A stretch of 64,000 nucleotides of DNA from an uncultured virus (IMG/VR IMGVR_UViG_3300033273_000398). Its lineage: Duplodnaviria; Heunggongvirae; Uroviricota; Caudoviricetes. Location: the IMG/VR virus record IMGVR_UViG_3300033273_000398; one strand, written 5' to 3'. Under the pieces are notes generated by a model. It was not told where the DNA came from and did not search any database. It worked only from the letters and a program-made list of their open reading frames with translations. The position numbers and the translations under genes are program-made. This document shows, in pieces, positions 36,448-47,800 of the stretch. Positions within the stretch are counted from its first letter, which is position 1. Each line of letters starts with the position of its first letter.

Positions 36448-37491
36448 ATGCAAAGAAAGGCATTAACTTACGACGACATTCAGCTTATTCCTATGATGTC
36501 AGACATTAGTACAAGACAGACAATAGATCTTCGTACTCGAGTCTCTAAAAACTATTATATTGACGTTCCACTTGTTGCATCATGCATGGACACTGTTTGT
36601 GACAGTTCTATGGCTATTGCTATGATGCAGATGGGTGGCGTTGGATGCATTCACCGTTTTATGACCATTGAGGAACAAGTTGCTGAAGTTGCTAAAGTTA
36701 AGGACTTTCAAAACAATTCAGCTGAATCATGTTGGGATCTTCCTATTATGGCAGCAGTTGGTGTCGTTGGAGACTTCTTTAATCGAGCTGCCGCGCTAGC
36801 TGAAGCCGGATGTGATATTATCGTTATTGACGTAGCGCATGGACATCACTCTAACATGAAGACAGCCATTGAAACCCTAAAGCTTAACTTGCCAGACCAC
36901 GTTGATGTTATTGCAGGTAATGTCGCTACAGCACGTGCAGCTACAGATCTATGTGAATGGGGAGCTGATGGCCTTCGTGTAGGTATTGGCGGAGGAAGCC
37001 TTTGTACAACTAGAGTTCAAACAGGATTCGGCGTGCCTAATGTAACATCTATTGAAGACTGTTCTAAAGTAGCAGATGATTATGATGTTCCTGTTATGGC
37101 TGATGGTGGAATCAAGTCATCTGGGGATATTGCCAAGGCACTTGCAGTTGGAGCAGACTGTGTTATGTTAGGTTCACTCCTTTCTGGAACTAAAGAGTCT
37201 CCAGGTGCAATCCTAGAAAAGCCAGGAGGTCTGTTTAAAAGGTACCGTGGATCTGCCTCTCTAGAGACTAAGATTACACACAACCAGAAGCAGCGTAATG
37301 TTGAAGGTGAGTCTACTATTGTACCATTTAAAGGTGGAGTTAAGTTTATTCTTGCAGGTCTTCTTGATGGTATCAGATCTGCATTTTCATATGCCGGTTC
37401 TCACAATATCAAAGACTATCACTCAAAGGCAGATTACAACGTGGTTACTAATGCAGGAGCGATGGAGGCTAAGCCACATCTTATCATGTAA
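36448..37491 (+). CDS. IMP dehydrogenase / GMP reductase family protein (no CBS domain)
   Basis: [53 protein letters not shown] and VEG motifs. Confidence 0.92.
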   Translation: MQRKALTYDDIQLIPMMSDISTRQTIDLRTRVSKNYYIDVPLVASCMDTVCDSSMAIAMMQMGGVGCIHRFMTIEEQVAEVAKVKDFQNNSAESCWDLPIMAAVGVVGDFFNRAAALAEAGCDIIVIDVAHGHHSNMKTAIETLKLNLPDHVDVIAGNVATARAATDLCEWGADGLRVGIGGGSLCTTRVQTGFGVPNVTSIEDCSKVADDYDVPVMADGGIKSSGDIAKALAVGADCVMLGSLLSGTKESPGAILEKPGGLFKRYRGSASLETKITHNQKQRNVEGESTIVPFKGGVKFILAGLLDGIRSAFSYAGSHNIKDYHSKADYNVVTNAGAMEAKPHLIM

Positions 37492-37557
37492 AAAACATCT
37501 ATATAGCAAGATACATATAGTGTTGCTTAACGGCAATCAAAAACAAGCAGAAGTAAA

Positions 37558-37812
37558 ATGAACAGAATTGTATTATATTCAGCGGCGGCGTTCTTTACTG
37601 TATTCGGCACCACTTGTCAGACATCTGATATTGCACAAGAAAAGCATATAGCAGGACTTAAAAAACCAAGAGCTATCTCTAATGGAGGTGCTATTGCTAG
37701 TATCAGATGCACAACAGAGCTTACTCCTAGTATTGAGTCTATTGATACGTCATATGTTTATAAGGGATCAGGTATTCTTTGTCCTATTGTCGAGTACCCT
37801 AGTGGAGAATAA
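37558..37812 (+). CDS. Hypothetical exported protein / lipoprotein
   Basis: Hydrophobic N-terminus followed by Cys. Confidence 0.5.
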   Translation: MNRIVLYSAAAFFTVFGTTCQTSDIAQEKHIAGLKKPRAISNGGAIASIRCTTELTPSIESIDTSYVYKGSGILCPIVEYPSGE

Positions 37813-38402
37813 TGGCATTAACATCACTAGTAATAGAAGATTTCTATAGTAATCCACATGAGGTTAGGCAATTTGCTCTTTCATGTGATTATAAGATTAA
37901 AGGTAACTTTCCTGGAGCTAGAACCATTCCTCATGTAAATCCTGGAGTAAAGGAATATATTGCTAAACATTTGAGGCCAACGTGTGGAGAGATAACATAT
38001 TGGCCAGAAGGTGATAAAAGCTATTGCGGTGCATTCCAATATACAACCGCAAAAAACAGAAGTTGGATCCATGCAGATCAAACTACAACATGGGCAGGAG
38101 TTCTTTATTTGACACCAGACGCCCCAGCATCTGGCGGTACAGGACTTTTTAAGCATAAGGCTACTGGACTTTATCAGGCACCAAAGAATCCAGATGGAAC
38201 ATACAATTCTGAGATTATGGGTAAGATATATGAAGACGCACAGGATATGACAAAGTGGGAGATGGTTGACTTCATAGGTAATAAGTTTAATAAGCTTATT
38301 CTTTACAGAGGAGACTTATTTCATTCTTCACTTGATTACTTTGGAAAGGATATTAACGATGGAAGATTGTTTCAAACGTTCTTCTTTAATACAGAGCGAT
38401 AA
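37812..38402 (+). CDS. 2OG-Fe(II) oxygenase (DUF6445-like)
   Basis: WIHAD...AGVLYLTP...GT...N.LILY.G..FH.....GRLFQTFF (HxD...H...R). Confidence 0.8.
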   Translation: MALTSLVIEDFYSNPHEVRQFALSCDYKIKGNFPGARTIPHVNPGVKEYIAKHLRPTCGEITYWPEGDKSYCGAFQYTTAKNRSWIHADQTTTWAGVLYLTPDAPASGGTGLFKHKATGLYQAPKNPDGTYNSEIMGKIYEDAQDMTKWEMVDFIGNKFNKLILYRGDLFHSSLDYFGKDINDGRLFQTFFFNTER

Positions 38403-38548
38403 TGCGATATGAAAATCAGGGTAAAAGAAAACAACAGGTTGAGTTTTCAGAAAGGTTTAGTGCCTATGCATTTATGGGTATGTTTATAACAATGGGAATA
38501 TACGCAATAACCCAAATAGTTTTTATGTTTTATCAATATTTACAGTAA
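38402..38548 (+). CDS. Small membrane protein (48 aa)
   Basis: MRYENQGKRKQQVEFSE followed by a hydrophobic C-terminal half; TAATG overlap with the upstream gene. Confidence 0.55.
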   Translation: MRYENQGKRKQQVEFSERFSAYAFMGMFITMGIYAITQIVFMFYQYLQ

Positions 38549-38578
38549 TCACCATGTGGAACGAAGAATACGAAGATT

Positions 38579-38601
38579 AAGAGGCCTATGGCCTCTTTTT
38601 T
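38579..38601 (+). terminator. Rho-independent terminator
   Basis: AAGAGGCC-tat-GGCCTCTT followed by a T run. Confidence 0.8.
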
Positions 38602-38644
38602 GTTTGATATATAGAGTAGAAATCTTGCAAAAAAATCAATTGAT

Positions 38645-39367
38645 ATGAAGTACATAAAGCTATTTGAAGACTTTATGAATGAGGGTGTAAACGATCCAGC
38701 GATTCTTAAAGCATTTTTTATGGCAGGAGGACCAGGTTCTGGCAAGTCTTACGTTGCTGGAGAACTATTTGGTTTCCCTAAATCAGAGATATCTACGGTG
38801 TCTTATTCTACAGGCCTAAAGCTTGTAAACTCAGATGATGCTTTCGAGCTTCTTCTAAAGAAGGCAGGTTACGATCTTAAAAAGATAGCACAATATGCTA
38901 AGGATCCTGAAGTTTGGGATCAGGTCATGAATGTTAGAGATTCTGCTAAAAAGATTACAAAGAATAGAGAGGCTGGATATCTTGCAGGAAGACTAGGCCT
39001 AGTTATGGATGGAACTGGTAAAGACCTTAAAAAGGTTGCTAAGCAGAGAGAGAATCTTATAAACTTAGGATATGACACTTTTATGGTCTTTGTAAATACT
39101 TCGCTAGAAGTTGCAATGGAGAGAAACCAAAATAGAGAAAGAAAGTTGCCAGATGATATTGTTAAACAGATGTGGCAGCAGGTTCAAGATAACATAGGTG
39201 GATTCCAAAGACTCTTTGGAAGAGATAACATGATGATTATCGATAACTCTTCTTATGATAATAAGCAAACTTTAAGAGAGATCGAAAAGACAATTAAGGG
39301 TAAAGTAGGTTTACCTGTAGAAAACCCATTAGGAAAGAAGTGGATCGAATCTCAGAGAGGTAAATAA
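38645..39367 (+). CDS. Zeta-toxin-like / AAA_33 P-loop kinase with MKYIKLFEDF leader
   Basis: AGGPGSGKS, VNSDD, VMDGTG and FVNTSLEVA..RN..R.R motifs; GATATATA at 38606. Confidence 0.75.
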   Translation: MKYIKLFEDFMNEGVNDPAILKAFFMAGGPGSGKSYVAGELFGFPKSEISTVSYSTGLKLVNSDDAFELLLKKAGYDLKKIAQYAKDPEVWDQVMNVRDSAKKITKNREAGYLAGRLGLVMDGTGKDLKKVAKQRENLINLGYDTFMVFVNTSLEVAMERNQNRERKLPDDIVKQMWQQVQDNIGGFQRLFGRDNMMIIDNSSYDNKQTLREIEKTIKGKVGLPVENPLGKKWIESQRGK

Positions 39368-39382
39368 AATAAGTACCTTACT

Positions 39383-39769
39383 GTGAGCGAATCTAATAAG
39401 ACAAATGACCAACTAGTACGCGAACTCATCGAAGCCTTCTCAAAGCTGAAGGAAAAGATGGAAGACCCGAATTATGTGCATCTCGAAGCATCCATGAATC
39501 AACTCATGGAAAATCAGCGCGAGATGAAAGAGGATTTGTCTGAACTTAAAAGAATGCTTCTTAACCCATATGATGGTGCTATTGTTGAAATAAGAAAAAA
39601 TACTGAATTTAGAGACGAGTCTTCTGAGAAAGAAAGTGAATTTGCAGAAATCTTAGAAGAACATAAGGCATTAGTAGCCTGGAAAAAGATGGTAAGCAAA
39701 GTATTTATAGCTGCGCTTGGATCTGCAGGTGCTATTGTAACGTGGATAATAACAGAGCTGCTTAGGTGA
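39383..39769 (+). CDS. Coiled-coil protein with C-terminal transmembrane helix
   Basis: GTG start; C-terminal VFIAALGSAGAIVTWII. Confidence 0.65.
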   Translation: MSESNKTNDQLVRELIEAFSKLKEKMEDPNYVHLEASMNQLMENQREMKEDLSELKRMLLNPYDGAIVEIRKNTEFRDESSEKESEFAEILEEHKALVAWKKMVSKVFIAALGSAGAIVTWIITELLR

Positions 39770-39770
39770 T

Positions 39771-40337
39771 ATGGTATTTGATAGAATTACACTTATAAGT
39801 ATATATGATGTGCTGAAGACCATCAACGAAAACGAAAACCGCGTTTCGTCAATTCTTCTTAACCATACTTCAAAATATGGCACTAAGACTTTACCTAAGT
39901 TTAATAATGTCGCTGAATTAAGAGATTTTGTTAATAAGAACTATAGATTTATAACAATAGATGGCATAAAGACATGTATTACATGTAATGAAGGACTTTT
40001 TACTCTTCTTAGGTTTAGTGTTGTTGATGGAGATGATAGTTCAATAGTTGTTAGTAATGTTAGGAATGAGTTTGTAATTCCTAAAGGAAAAAAGCTTAAT
40101 GGAACAAGTAAAAAGATTTTAAAAGAATTAAGCGCTACATTAGCAAAATTAATAAGTATTTTCAATTCATATGTATGTTTCCCATATATTCAAAATCAGC
40201 CAGAATATGTTGTTAACACACCATATGAGTACATTCAGATTATAAGAAATGTTCATTATACTAATTTGATAAGGAACTATTACATAAAAACTAAAAGATC
40301 AGACTTCCCTGCTAGAACTAAAACGATCTGCAGATGA
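39771..40337 (+). CDS. Hypothetical protein
   Basis: 188-aa ORF starting 1 nt after the upstream stop. Confidence 0.6.
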   Translation: MVFDRITLISIYDVLKTINENENRVSSILLNHTSKYGTKTLPKFNNVAELRDFVNKNYRFITIDGIKTCITCNEGLFTLLRFSVVDGDDSSIVVSNVRNEFVIPKGKKLNGTSKKILKELSATLAKLISIFNSYVCFPYIQNQPEYVVNTPYEYIQIIRNVHYTNLIRNYYIKTKRSDFPARTKTICR

Positions 40338-40370
40338 ATATATAAAGAGATAAAAACATTGTAACCTTAA

Positions 40371-41660
40371 ATGTCCCAAAGGGTAGAGCTCTATAATTTT
40401 AACCACGGCCAACATAGGAATTTAACAACGGGTAAGTTCCTTCCACTCCAGCCTAATAAGCTTGGACGTCCACTCACGCATGAGGAGATGGACTACAACA
40501 TGGACTATATGGAGCAGACCTTGGGTGGTTATAAGATCTTTGGATCTGCACCTGATACTACTCTTTCTGAGTCAGATATAGATAAAGTTCTTATACTTCA
40601 TAGAATTACTCTTGATGACGTTGATGTTCAAAGATATCTAGACGCTAGTTTTGAACTAGGTGATTGGGTATGGGTTCCTGTAGAGGCAGGTGGAGAATAC
40701 ACGTCTGGTGAGTCTTGTCTCATAGGTATAGTTGTGTCTAGCTCAGGTCCTTCTGATTTTGGCCAGTCTACATCTTCTATATTTGTTACGGTCACGGGAC
40801 TACAGGGTAATGCAATAATCCTTATAAACGGAAATGTAGTGCAACCTGACGGAATATCAGGTAATACTTATAGATTCGATGGATATGGTGCAGGAGTTTA
40901 TACTGTAACTGCAATCGATGACGCGTTTAGTGGAAGTTCTTGTAGCACATCTAGAACTATAACCATTGAAGAGGGTCAAGATCCATGTGCTGACTTTAAC
41001 TTAACCAATATAGTTACAACTCTTTCTGGAACAGATGCAGAATTGGTTTGTGAACTAGATGGATTAATTCTAAAGTCAACGGTTAACGCTGATTTCGGAC
41101 AAAGTAATGGGGAGATATTTGTAGAAGTTTTAGGCAACGTAGATTATTCGACGCTAGTTTGGTCCCTTAACGGACAGATTATTACACCAATAAACATTGC
41201 ACAGACTAATGTATTTAATATTACTGGAGTTGCTGCTGGAAACCATAGTATAGTTGTATATGTTTCGGGTAACGCTGACTGCAGTGCTCAGTTAATAGTC
41301 ACCGTTGAAGGAAATCCAGATGATTGTGCATCATTTATTCTAACAGGAGCCAGCCATACTAATTCAGGTGGATACGAATGTAACTTAGAATCACAAACAT
41401 CTACTACTCCATCCGGGGTAACTACTGAAGATAATTGTGATAGCTTCTTAATTTCTTCTACATCTAGCACAGCATCAGGTGGATTTGACTGTTCTACATT
41501 TGTACTAACAGGACAGTTTAGTACAGAATCCGGTGGATATGATTGTTCTACATTTATTATTGCTAGTACTTCATCAGAATCAAGCGGTGGATATGAATGT
41601 GATTTAGCAGTGCCATTTAGCACTTCTACGTCATCTGGCTCGGATAGCACAGATATATAA
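40371..41660 (+). CDS. Putative tail-fibre/appendage protein with SprB-like and Ser/Thr/Cys repeats
   Basis: N-terminal GRPLTHEEMDYN resembles fibre-attachment motifs; C-terminal SGG(Y/F)(E/D)C repeats of about 18 aa. Confidence 0.55.
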   Translation: MSQRVELYNFNHGQHRNLTTGKFLPLQPNKLGRPLTHEEMDYNMDYMEQTLGGYKIFGSAPDTTLSESDIDKVLILHRITLDDVDVQRYLDASFELGDWVWVPVEAGGEYTSGESCLIGIVVSSSGPSDFGQSTSSIFVTVTGLQGNAIILINGNVVQPDGISGNTYRFDGYGAGVYTVTAIDDAFSGSSCSTSRTITIEEGQDPCADFNLTNIVTTLSGTDAELVCELDGLILKSTVNADFGQSNGEIFVEVLGNVDYSTLVWSLNGQIITPINIAQTNVFNITGVAAGNHSIVVYVSGNADCSAQLIVTVEGNPDDCASFILTGASHTNSGGYECNLESQTSTTPSGVTTEDNCDSFLISSTSSTASGGFDCSTFVLTGQFSTESGGYDCSTFIIASTSSESSGGYECDLAVPFSTSTSSGSDSTDI

Positions 41661-41695
41661 AAAGAAATCTAATAACAAAATAGAAGAAATAGATC

Positions 41696-43492
41696 ATGGC
41701 AGATTATAATAATGGCTCGGTAACGGTTACTGTCACTGGTGGACAAGCACCGTATACGTATACTTTACAAGAGCTCATAGGTAGTAATTATGTAACAGTT
41801 CCTGATAACGAGTATACTAGTCCAGCATGGGATAATCCAGTAACCGTTTCGAGTACTACTTATACTTTTGGTAACTCAGCTGGACCAGATCAAAATACAA
41901 CTATAAATGAAACAGGCATAAGACCTGGAACATATAGGGTTAGAATTGTAGACGCGTCTGGTTCATGTGAGATTTTTACAGATGCTATTGTAGTCGATGA
42001 ATTCACAGTTGGTGGTGGTAGTGCAGCATGCGTTACATTTGAAACAGCCCCAGCAGGAACTCCATTACCCAACTCGTGGGTACTTGATGTGAGTCAACCT
42101 ACTTCACAAGGCGCTTTTGGAACAATTTCTGTCGGTGTTCCAGGTTCACAAGTTAATGGTGGATTTAGTAACGAGTTTAACGCCGGCGAAATTACAGGAA
42201 AGGTTGTTCATACCAACGGAAATGAATACAACTTTGTTACATATAGTGGTGTTTCCGGGCCACTTACGACTGTGTCATATGATACTGGCCCAGTTCTGCC
42301 AGCAGGTTCGTATACTGGTTTCTTGGAGGTTCCTTCAGAAGGATGTTCAAGAAATTTAGGTAATATAACAGTAATTGCGTACCAGGTGCCTACCTTAGAC
42401 ATTACAGGTATAACAATTAGCTCGGGGGGATCTACTGTATCACCATCTAATCTTGTTGTAGGTACACCATACACTGTTACTATAAATACTAACAGTGCAA
42501 ACTTAATAGGGGTTGCGGAGTATCTATTTAGTGTAAATGGAACTACTAATTATACTCAGTCTCCAACTGGGTTTACTACTAGTAATCAATTTACAGTGAC
42601 TATAAACGCAGCAGGAACATTTAGTATGTTTGCTGCTGTTCAAGATAGTGCAAATGTTTCAACAACAGACACAGAAACTGTGTCGGTAACAGTATCTGCA
42701 GGCGGAGTCACTCCTGCCTTTACGTGTACTGATGCAGCATTTAATATGGTGGGGTCAACTACTGATCAAGTAGGTTCGCCTTCTATTAACTTTGCTTCTG
42801 TATCTCTAGGTACATTACAAAGTGTTTCACCTTCAACAATTCAGGCAGGCAATACTACATATACTGCTACTATACAAATACCTGCAGGATATCAAAATCC
42901 AGGAGGTACACTAACTACATGTACTGATACTTCTGTCGGAAATACTTCCGGTGGCGGCGGAGGTACTGGCACTACGGTATACTACTTCCACGGTGGAGCC
43001 ACAAACGTAGGATGGCCACATACAGTCGGCGGTGCTATGACAGACGCGAATGCTATTTATTATACTCCAAGTAGTACGACGGGTTCTGCTACATTATCAG
43101 ATGCAATGACATTTGTATTAGATAACTATGGTAACGGAGCTACTGCAGTTCCTGATTTCTTAGGAGGTGGTAGTGGTTACTTTATACGAAGTGTAGAATT
43201 CCCAGCTGGAACTACTTTATTAGACAACGGAGACGCCGCGTCTTCAACAGAAATTACATTCGACGCAATAGACAATGGAGACTATTGTTACATTGCAGTT
43301 CCACAAGTAACAGGATTTACAGATGATCTTGCAGCTAATCCAGGTAACATACTTTATTCCGGAATCCCTTTAAGTGGTGCAAATGCAATTCAAAAGAAAG
43401 CATTTACATGGAATGGACAACAATACATGTTGTTTAGCATAAATGCGCTTGGAATACCATTTACTCAAGAGTCTATAACTATTGATAACTAA
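41696..43492 (+). CDS. Putative virion structural protein (SprB-like beta repeats)
   Basis: GSVTVTVTGGQAPYTY...GTYRVRIVDA; Thr/Gly/Ser-rich; no signal peptide; GATATATA at 41652. Confidence 0.55.
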   Translation: MADYNNGSVTVTVTGGQAPYTYTLQELIGSNYVTVPDNEYTSPAWDNPVTVSSTTYTFGNSAGPDQNTTINETGIRPGTYRVRIVDASGSCEIFTDAIVVDEFTVGGGSAACVTFETAPAGTPLPNSWVLDVSQPTSQGAFGTISVGVPGSQVNGGFSNEFNAGEITGKVVHTNGNEYNFVTYSGVSGPLTTVSYDTGPVLPAGSYTGFLEVPSEGCSRNLGNITVIAYQVPTLDITGITISSGGSTVSPSNLVVGTPYTVTINTNSANLIGVAEYLFSVNGTTNYTQSPTGFTTSNQFTVTINAAGTFSMFAAVQDSANVSTTDTETVSVTVSAGGVTPAFTCTDAAFNMVGSTTDQVGSPSINFASVSLGTLQSVSPSTIQAGNTTYTATIQIPAGYQNPGGTLTTCTDTSVGNTSGGGGGTGTTVYYFHGGATNVGWPHTVGGAMTDANAIYYTPSSTTGSATLSDAMTFVLDNYGNGATAVPDFLGGGSGYFIRSVEFPAGTTLLDNGDAASSTEITFDAIDNGDYCYIAVPQVTGFTDDLAANPGNILYSGIPLSGANAIQKKAFTWNGQQYMLFSINALGIPFTQESITIDN

Positions 43493-43521
43493 GATAAATA
43501 CATCAAACAAACAATACAATT

Positions 43522-44733
43522 ATGGCAACAATTTTACCAACAGAAGGAACGTATAACTTACCTAGTTATATAGGTATAAATTCAACTGATTCACCACATG
43601 GTGTGTTCCCCTCTATACTCCAAGAAGGAGGATACCAAGAAATGGCTACTATAGCAGACCGAGACGCTATCCCAATGAATATAGCAGGCAGTGGTCCTGT
43701 TATGTCACCTGACGGAATGGCATGTGGCAGAAGAAGACTAGGTATGACAGTGTACGTTATAGAAGAAGACGCAGCATATCGATTAGTACCTGCAGGCTAT
43801 TTTGGTAATGAAGGTCAGGCTAATTTAGCTAACTGGAATTCACTTGATGATAATCAAAAGGCAGTACTTTTAGATCCGTCTGTTTCATATACAGTACCAG
43901 ATCCGAACGGTGGACTTGGAGCTACTATAAATGTAACTGGATCTGGAAACGCAGACGATTGCTGGGTTCGTATTTACCCTGAAGATGTCGACGGTACTCT
44001 TCCTTTAGGTGGATCTGCCGGTCAGGTTGTTATGAAGTCTCCTGATGGCCAGGCATACGAAGTAGAATGGACTGACTGGGTTGCTGGTTCAGTTTCTCCT
44101 AGAGAAGTTTTTGCTAGAATGATCCCGGCTGGAGCTTACAGATTCGTAGGGGGAACGGTAGAAACAAAAACAGTAGCTGAGGCATCTCTACCTGGTATTA
44201 AAAGCACATTAAATAAGTTCGGATATGCTAATAGTGATATCACAGCTTGGAAAGTTAATTATAAACTTGTATTTAATATAACTTCAGCAAACGCAGATCC
44301 TTGTAGTATTGAGGCTTGGGTTTCTGATGAGGATAATGGAACTAATTTCCACCCTGGAACATGGAGTGCCCACGAAACACAGGACACAACTAGCGGAAAC
44401 GGAAGAGCATACACGATAACTGGTGAAGGATTAATGCTTAGAGACCAGGGATCTGGAAACGATCTTGCTACTGGTGAGAATATTAGACTTAGAATTTCTG
44501 TTATTACAGACGGCGTCGCCAATGACGATATAGACCTACTACACGTTTATTTTGAAGTCAATGCATTATTAGATGCTGATTTAAAGACACTTAGTAATGA
44601 TAGCGCAGCATCATTAAGATCTCAGCAGGGCGATATATTTGGAACTGTAACTAACCGCACATACGGTCCAAGTGCGGATACTGCAGATTCAGCACCTGAC
44701 GGACCTGATGGTGGTGGCGGAACTCCTAGTTAA
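43522..44733 (+). CDS. Putative short tail-fibre-like protein
   Basis: Shares about 150 N-terminal aa with the 44850 protein; LPLGGSAGQVVMK...EVEW fibre-like motif. Confidence 0.6.
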   Translation: MATILPTEGTYNLPSYIGINSTDSPHGVFPSILQEGGYQEMATIADRDAIPMNIAGSGPVMSPDGMACGRRRLGMTVYVIEEDAAYRLVPAGYFGNEGQANLANWNSLDDNQKAVLLDPSVSYTVPDPNGGLGATINVTGSGNADDCWVRIYPEDVDGTLPLGGSAGQVVMKSPDGQAYEVEWTDWVAGSVSPREVFARMIPAGAYRFVGGTVETKTVAEASLPGIKSTLNKFGYANSDITAWKVNYKLVFNITSANADPCSIEAWVSDEDNGTNFHPGTWSAHETQDTTSGNGRAYTITGEGLMLRDQGSGNDLATGENIRLRISVITDGVANDDIDLLHVYFEVNALLDADLKTLSNDSAASLRSQQGDIFGTVTNRTYGPSADTADSAPDGPDGGGGTPS

Positions 44734-44762
44734 TAGTTTAACTTACATATACGTAAAATCAG

Positions 44763-44790
44763 AAAAAGAGAGCTTCGGCTCTCTTTTTTT
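44763..44790 (+). terminator. Rho-independent terminator
   Basis: AAAAAGAGAGC-TTCG-GCTCTCTTTTT followed by Ts. Confidence 0.85.
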
Positions 44791-44849
44791 ATGCTTCGTA
44801 ATTTGATATATAGTTAAGAACAAAAACTAAATAAACAATAAATTTAGAT

Positions 44850-47800
44850 ATGCCTACATTACCAACTGATGGAATTTACAATTTACCTAGTTATATAGGT
44901 ATAAATTCAACTGATTCACCACATGGTGTGTTCCCCTCTATACTCCAAGAAGGAGGTTATCAGGAACATGCTACTATTACAGATAGAAACGATATACCTG
45001 TACTTATAGGTCAATCTGGAGCTATATTATCTAGTGATGGTTTAGCGTCCGGTAGAAGAAGGTTAGGTATGACAGTTTATGTCATATCTGAAGATAAATT
45101 CTATAGACTTATACCTAAAGGCTATTTTGGTAATGGCGGTGATTTAGGTCTTACTGCATGGAATTCTCTTAGCGATAATGATAAGGCAATTCTTTTAGAT
45201 CCAGAGGCTTCTTTTTCTGTACCCGACCCTAATGGAGGTCTTGGTGCTACTATAGATTTTACGGGTTCTGGAATCGCAGATGATTGTTGGGTAGAAGGAT
45301 TTGGCCAGAAAGGAGAGAAGGGAGAAAGGGGTAGTGATGGCCTTAAGGGCGAGAAAGGTGCAACTGGTCCACAAGGTCCAAGCGGTGGCAGTGGACAAAA
45401 GGGTCAGAAAGGTGAACCTGGAGCGTCCGGCTCAGATGGTCAAGATGGCGGTTGCGTTAGAATAGAATTTGACAGAGATTTACCAGTAGATGTTAATACA
45501 TTTGCTATTGTAGATCAAGATAATTTAAATGTACTTTTAGGTGGATTTACTGACGGTACAAACAGTGAGTATAATTTAGTTTGGCGCGTTGGTTCTCCAA
45601 TAGGTCAAATTATTCCTGGAAGCTTTGGTGCAGAATATGAAGGATATCAACTTACTATTACAGGAAATGCATATGAAGACGACTATGGTAATGGGCAAGT
45701 AGTTAATTCATTTGCAATAAAGCCGCTTGCTGCTCTTTCTATACTAACTATATATGGAAATTCTTATGTTGCTCTTAGATGTAGAGTAATAATAACACAG
45801 GGAACAGGTGCAGTATATCTTAGAGACAAAGATGAATACAGAATATGTAGTATTGCTCTAGGAGAAAAAGGTGATAAAGGTGACGAAGGTGCTCAGGGTC
45901 CTAGTGGAGAGAAGGGAGATGGCGGATCTCAGGGACAAAAGGGTGAATCAGGTAATAATCAGGGATGTAGAACGTCTTTATACAATAATGGACTAAGTGG
46001 CCAAGGGCATGGATTAGAAGGATCAAATGTATTTAGTTTATTGATTGATAATCAAGACGGAACTTATGCAGTGGCTCCTAAGGTAGAAGATGCTACGACA
46101 CTAGCTATGTCACAGTCGTCTTTAGCGTATCCTCTACTTGCACAGCCAGTTAACAATAGTTTATCTGCTTCTAGGATAATTATAACTATTAGTGGATTAT
46201 TCAGCGACGGCGCAGGAAACGAGGCTCAAAATACACTTGTTTTCAAGGTAACGGACTATGTAGCTACTAACTATACTTCAGGTTGGTATCAGATGAACGG
46301 CTTAGCTTTACAGATTCCACAGGGATCTGATGCTGCTGCAACCTATGGTGCATATAGATATCCTGTAAACGGAGAGCAGCATACAATATGTTTAGGATAT
46401 GATAGTGTTGTAGGTGAAAAGGGTGAGCCTTCTGTAGAACCTGGACCACAAGGTCCTACAGGTGCTACAGGTAACGATGGTACATCTGTAAATATTAAGG
46501 GTAGCTATACTGGCCCTGTGGCTACTCAGCCTTCGGTTACTGGTGCAACTGCAGGTGATGGTTATCTTAACGATGCGGATGGCCACCTATGGGTTTGGGA
46601 TGGATCATCTTGGAGTGACGTAGGTGAAATTAGAGGTCCTAAGGGTCAAGTAGGTCCGCAAGGTGCCGATGGTACCACAGGACCACAAGGTGATACAGGT
46701 GCTAAGGGTGACGTAGGCCCACAAGGTCCAAGCGGCGGAACAGGTGCTAAGGGTGACATAGGACCAGTACGTATACCTAGATTAGTTGGATCTGATTCAG
46801 GAACCGGAGCTACAACTCCAACTGCAGGTACATTTGACGACGGAGATGTTTACTTTATTAATGGAGATGCATATCAGTACGATCTAGCTACAACATCATG
46901 GGTTGATACTAATACATTCCTATTAGGTCCACAGGGCGATCAGGGAATACAGGGTCTAGACGGTGTAACTGGTGCACAAGGTCCACAAGGTGATACAGGT
47001 CCTCAAGGAGCCGATGGTGCCAAGGGTGACGCTGGACCAGTAGGACCAGTTGCTATATTGAGAGGATCATCTTCAGGAACTGGAGCTACAACTCCAACTT
47101 CTGGAACATTTAATGAAGGCGACCTTTACTTTGTTGATGGCGTTGCTTATCAGTATGATTCTGTTAATACAACATGGGTTAATACTAATACTACATTATT
47201 AGGTCCACAGGGTCCTGTAGGTTTACAAGGTCTAGACGGTGAAACAGGTGCTACAGGTGCACAGGGTGCAACTGGTGCCGACTCTACAGTAGCAGGTCCT
47301 CAGGGTCCTACAGGTGCTACAGGTAACGATGGTACATCTGTAAATATTAAGGGTAGCTATACTGGCCCTGTGGCTACTCAGCCTTCGGTTACTGGTGCAA
47401 CTGCAGGTGATGGTTATCTTAACGATGCGGATGGTCACTTATGGGTTTACAATGGATCTGGATGGACTGATGCTGGTGAAATTAGAGGTCCTAAGGGACA
47501 AACTGGTGAAACCGGCGGTACAGGACCTCAAGGAAGTACAGGTGCACAGGGTGCAACTGGCGCACAAGGTGCAGATGGCGGAACTGGTGCTAAGGGTGAC
47601 ATAGGACCAGTACGTATACCTAGATTAGTTGGATCAACTGCAGGAACTGGAGCTACAACTCCAACTGCAGGCACGTTTGACGATGGAGACGTTTACTTCG
47701 TTGACGGCGATGCATATCAGTACGATCTAGCTACAACATCGTGGGTTGATACTAATACATTCCTACTAGGTCCACAGGGATCTGTAGGTTTACAAGGTCT

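Noticed and set aside
38645..39769. Epsilon-zeta toxin-antitoxin pair
   Set aside because: No antitoxin-like ORF is co-transcribed upstream (a terminator precedes the gene), and the downstream ORF is a membrane-anchored coiled coil.
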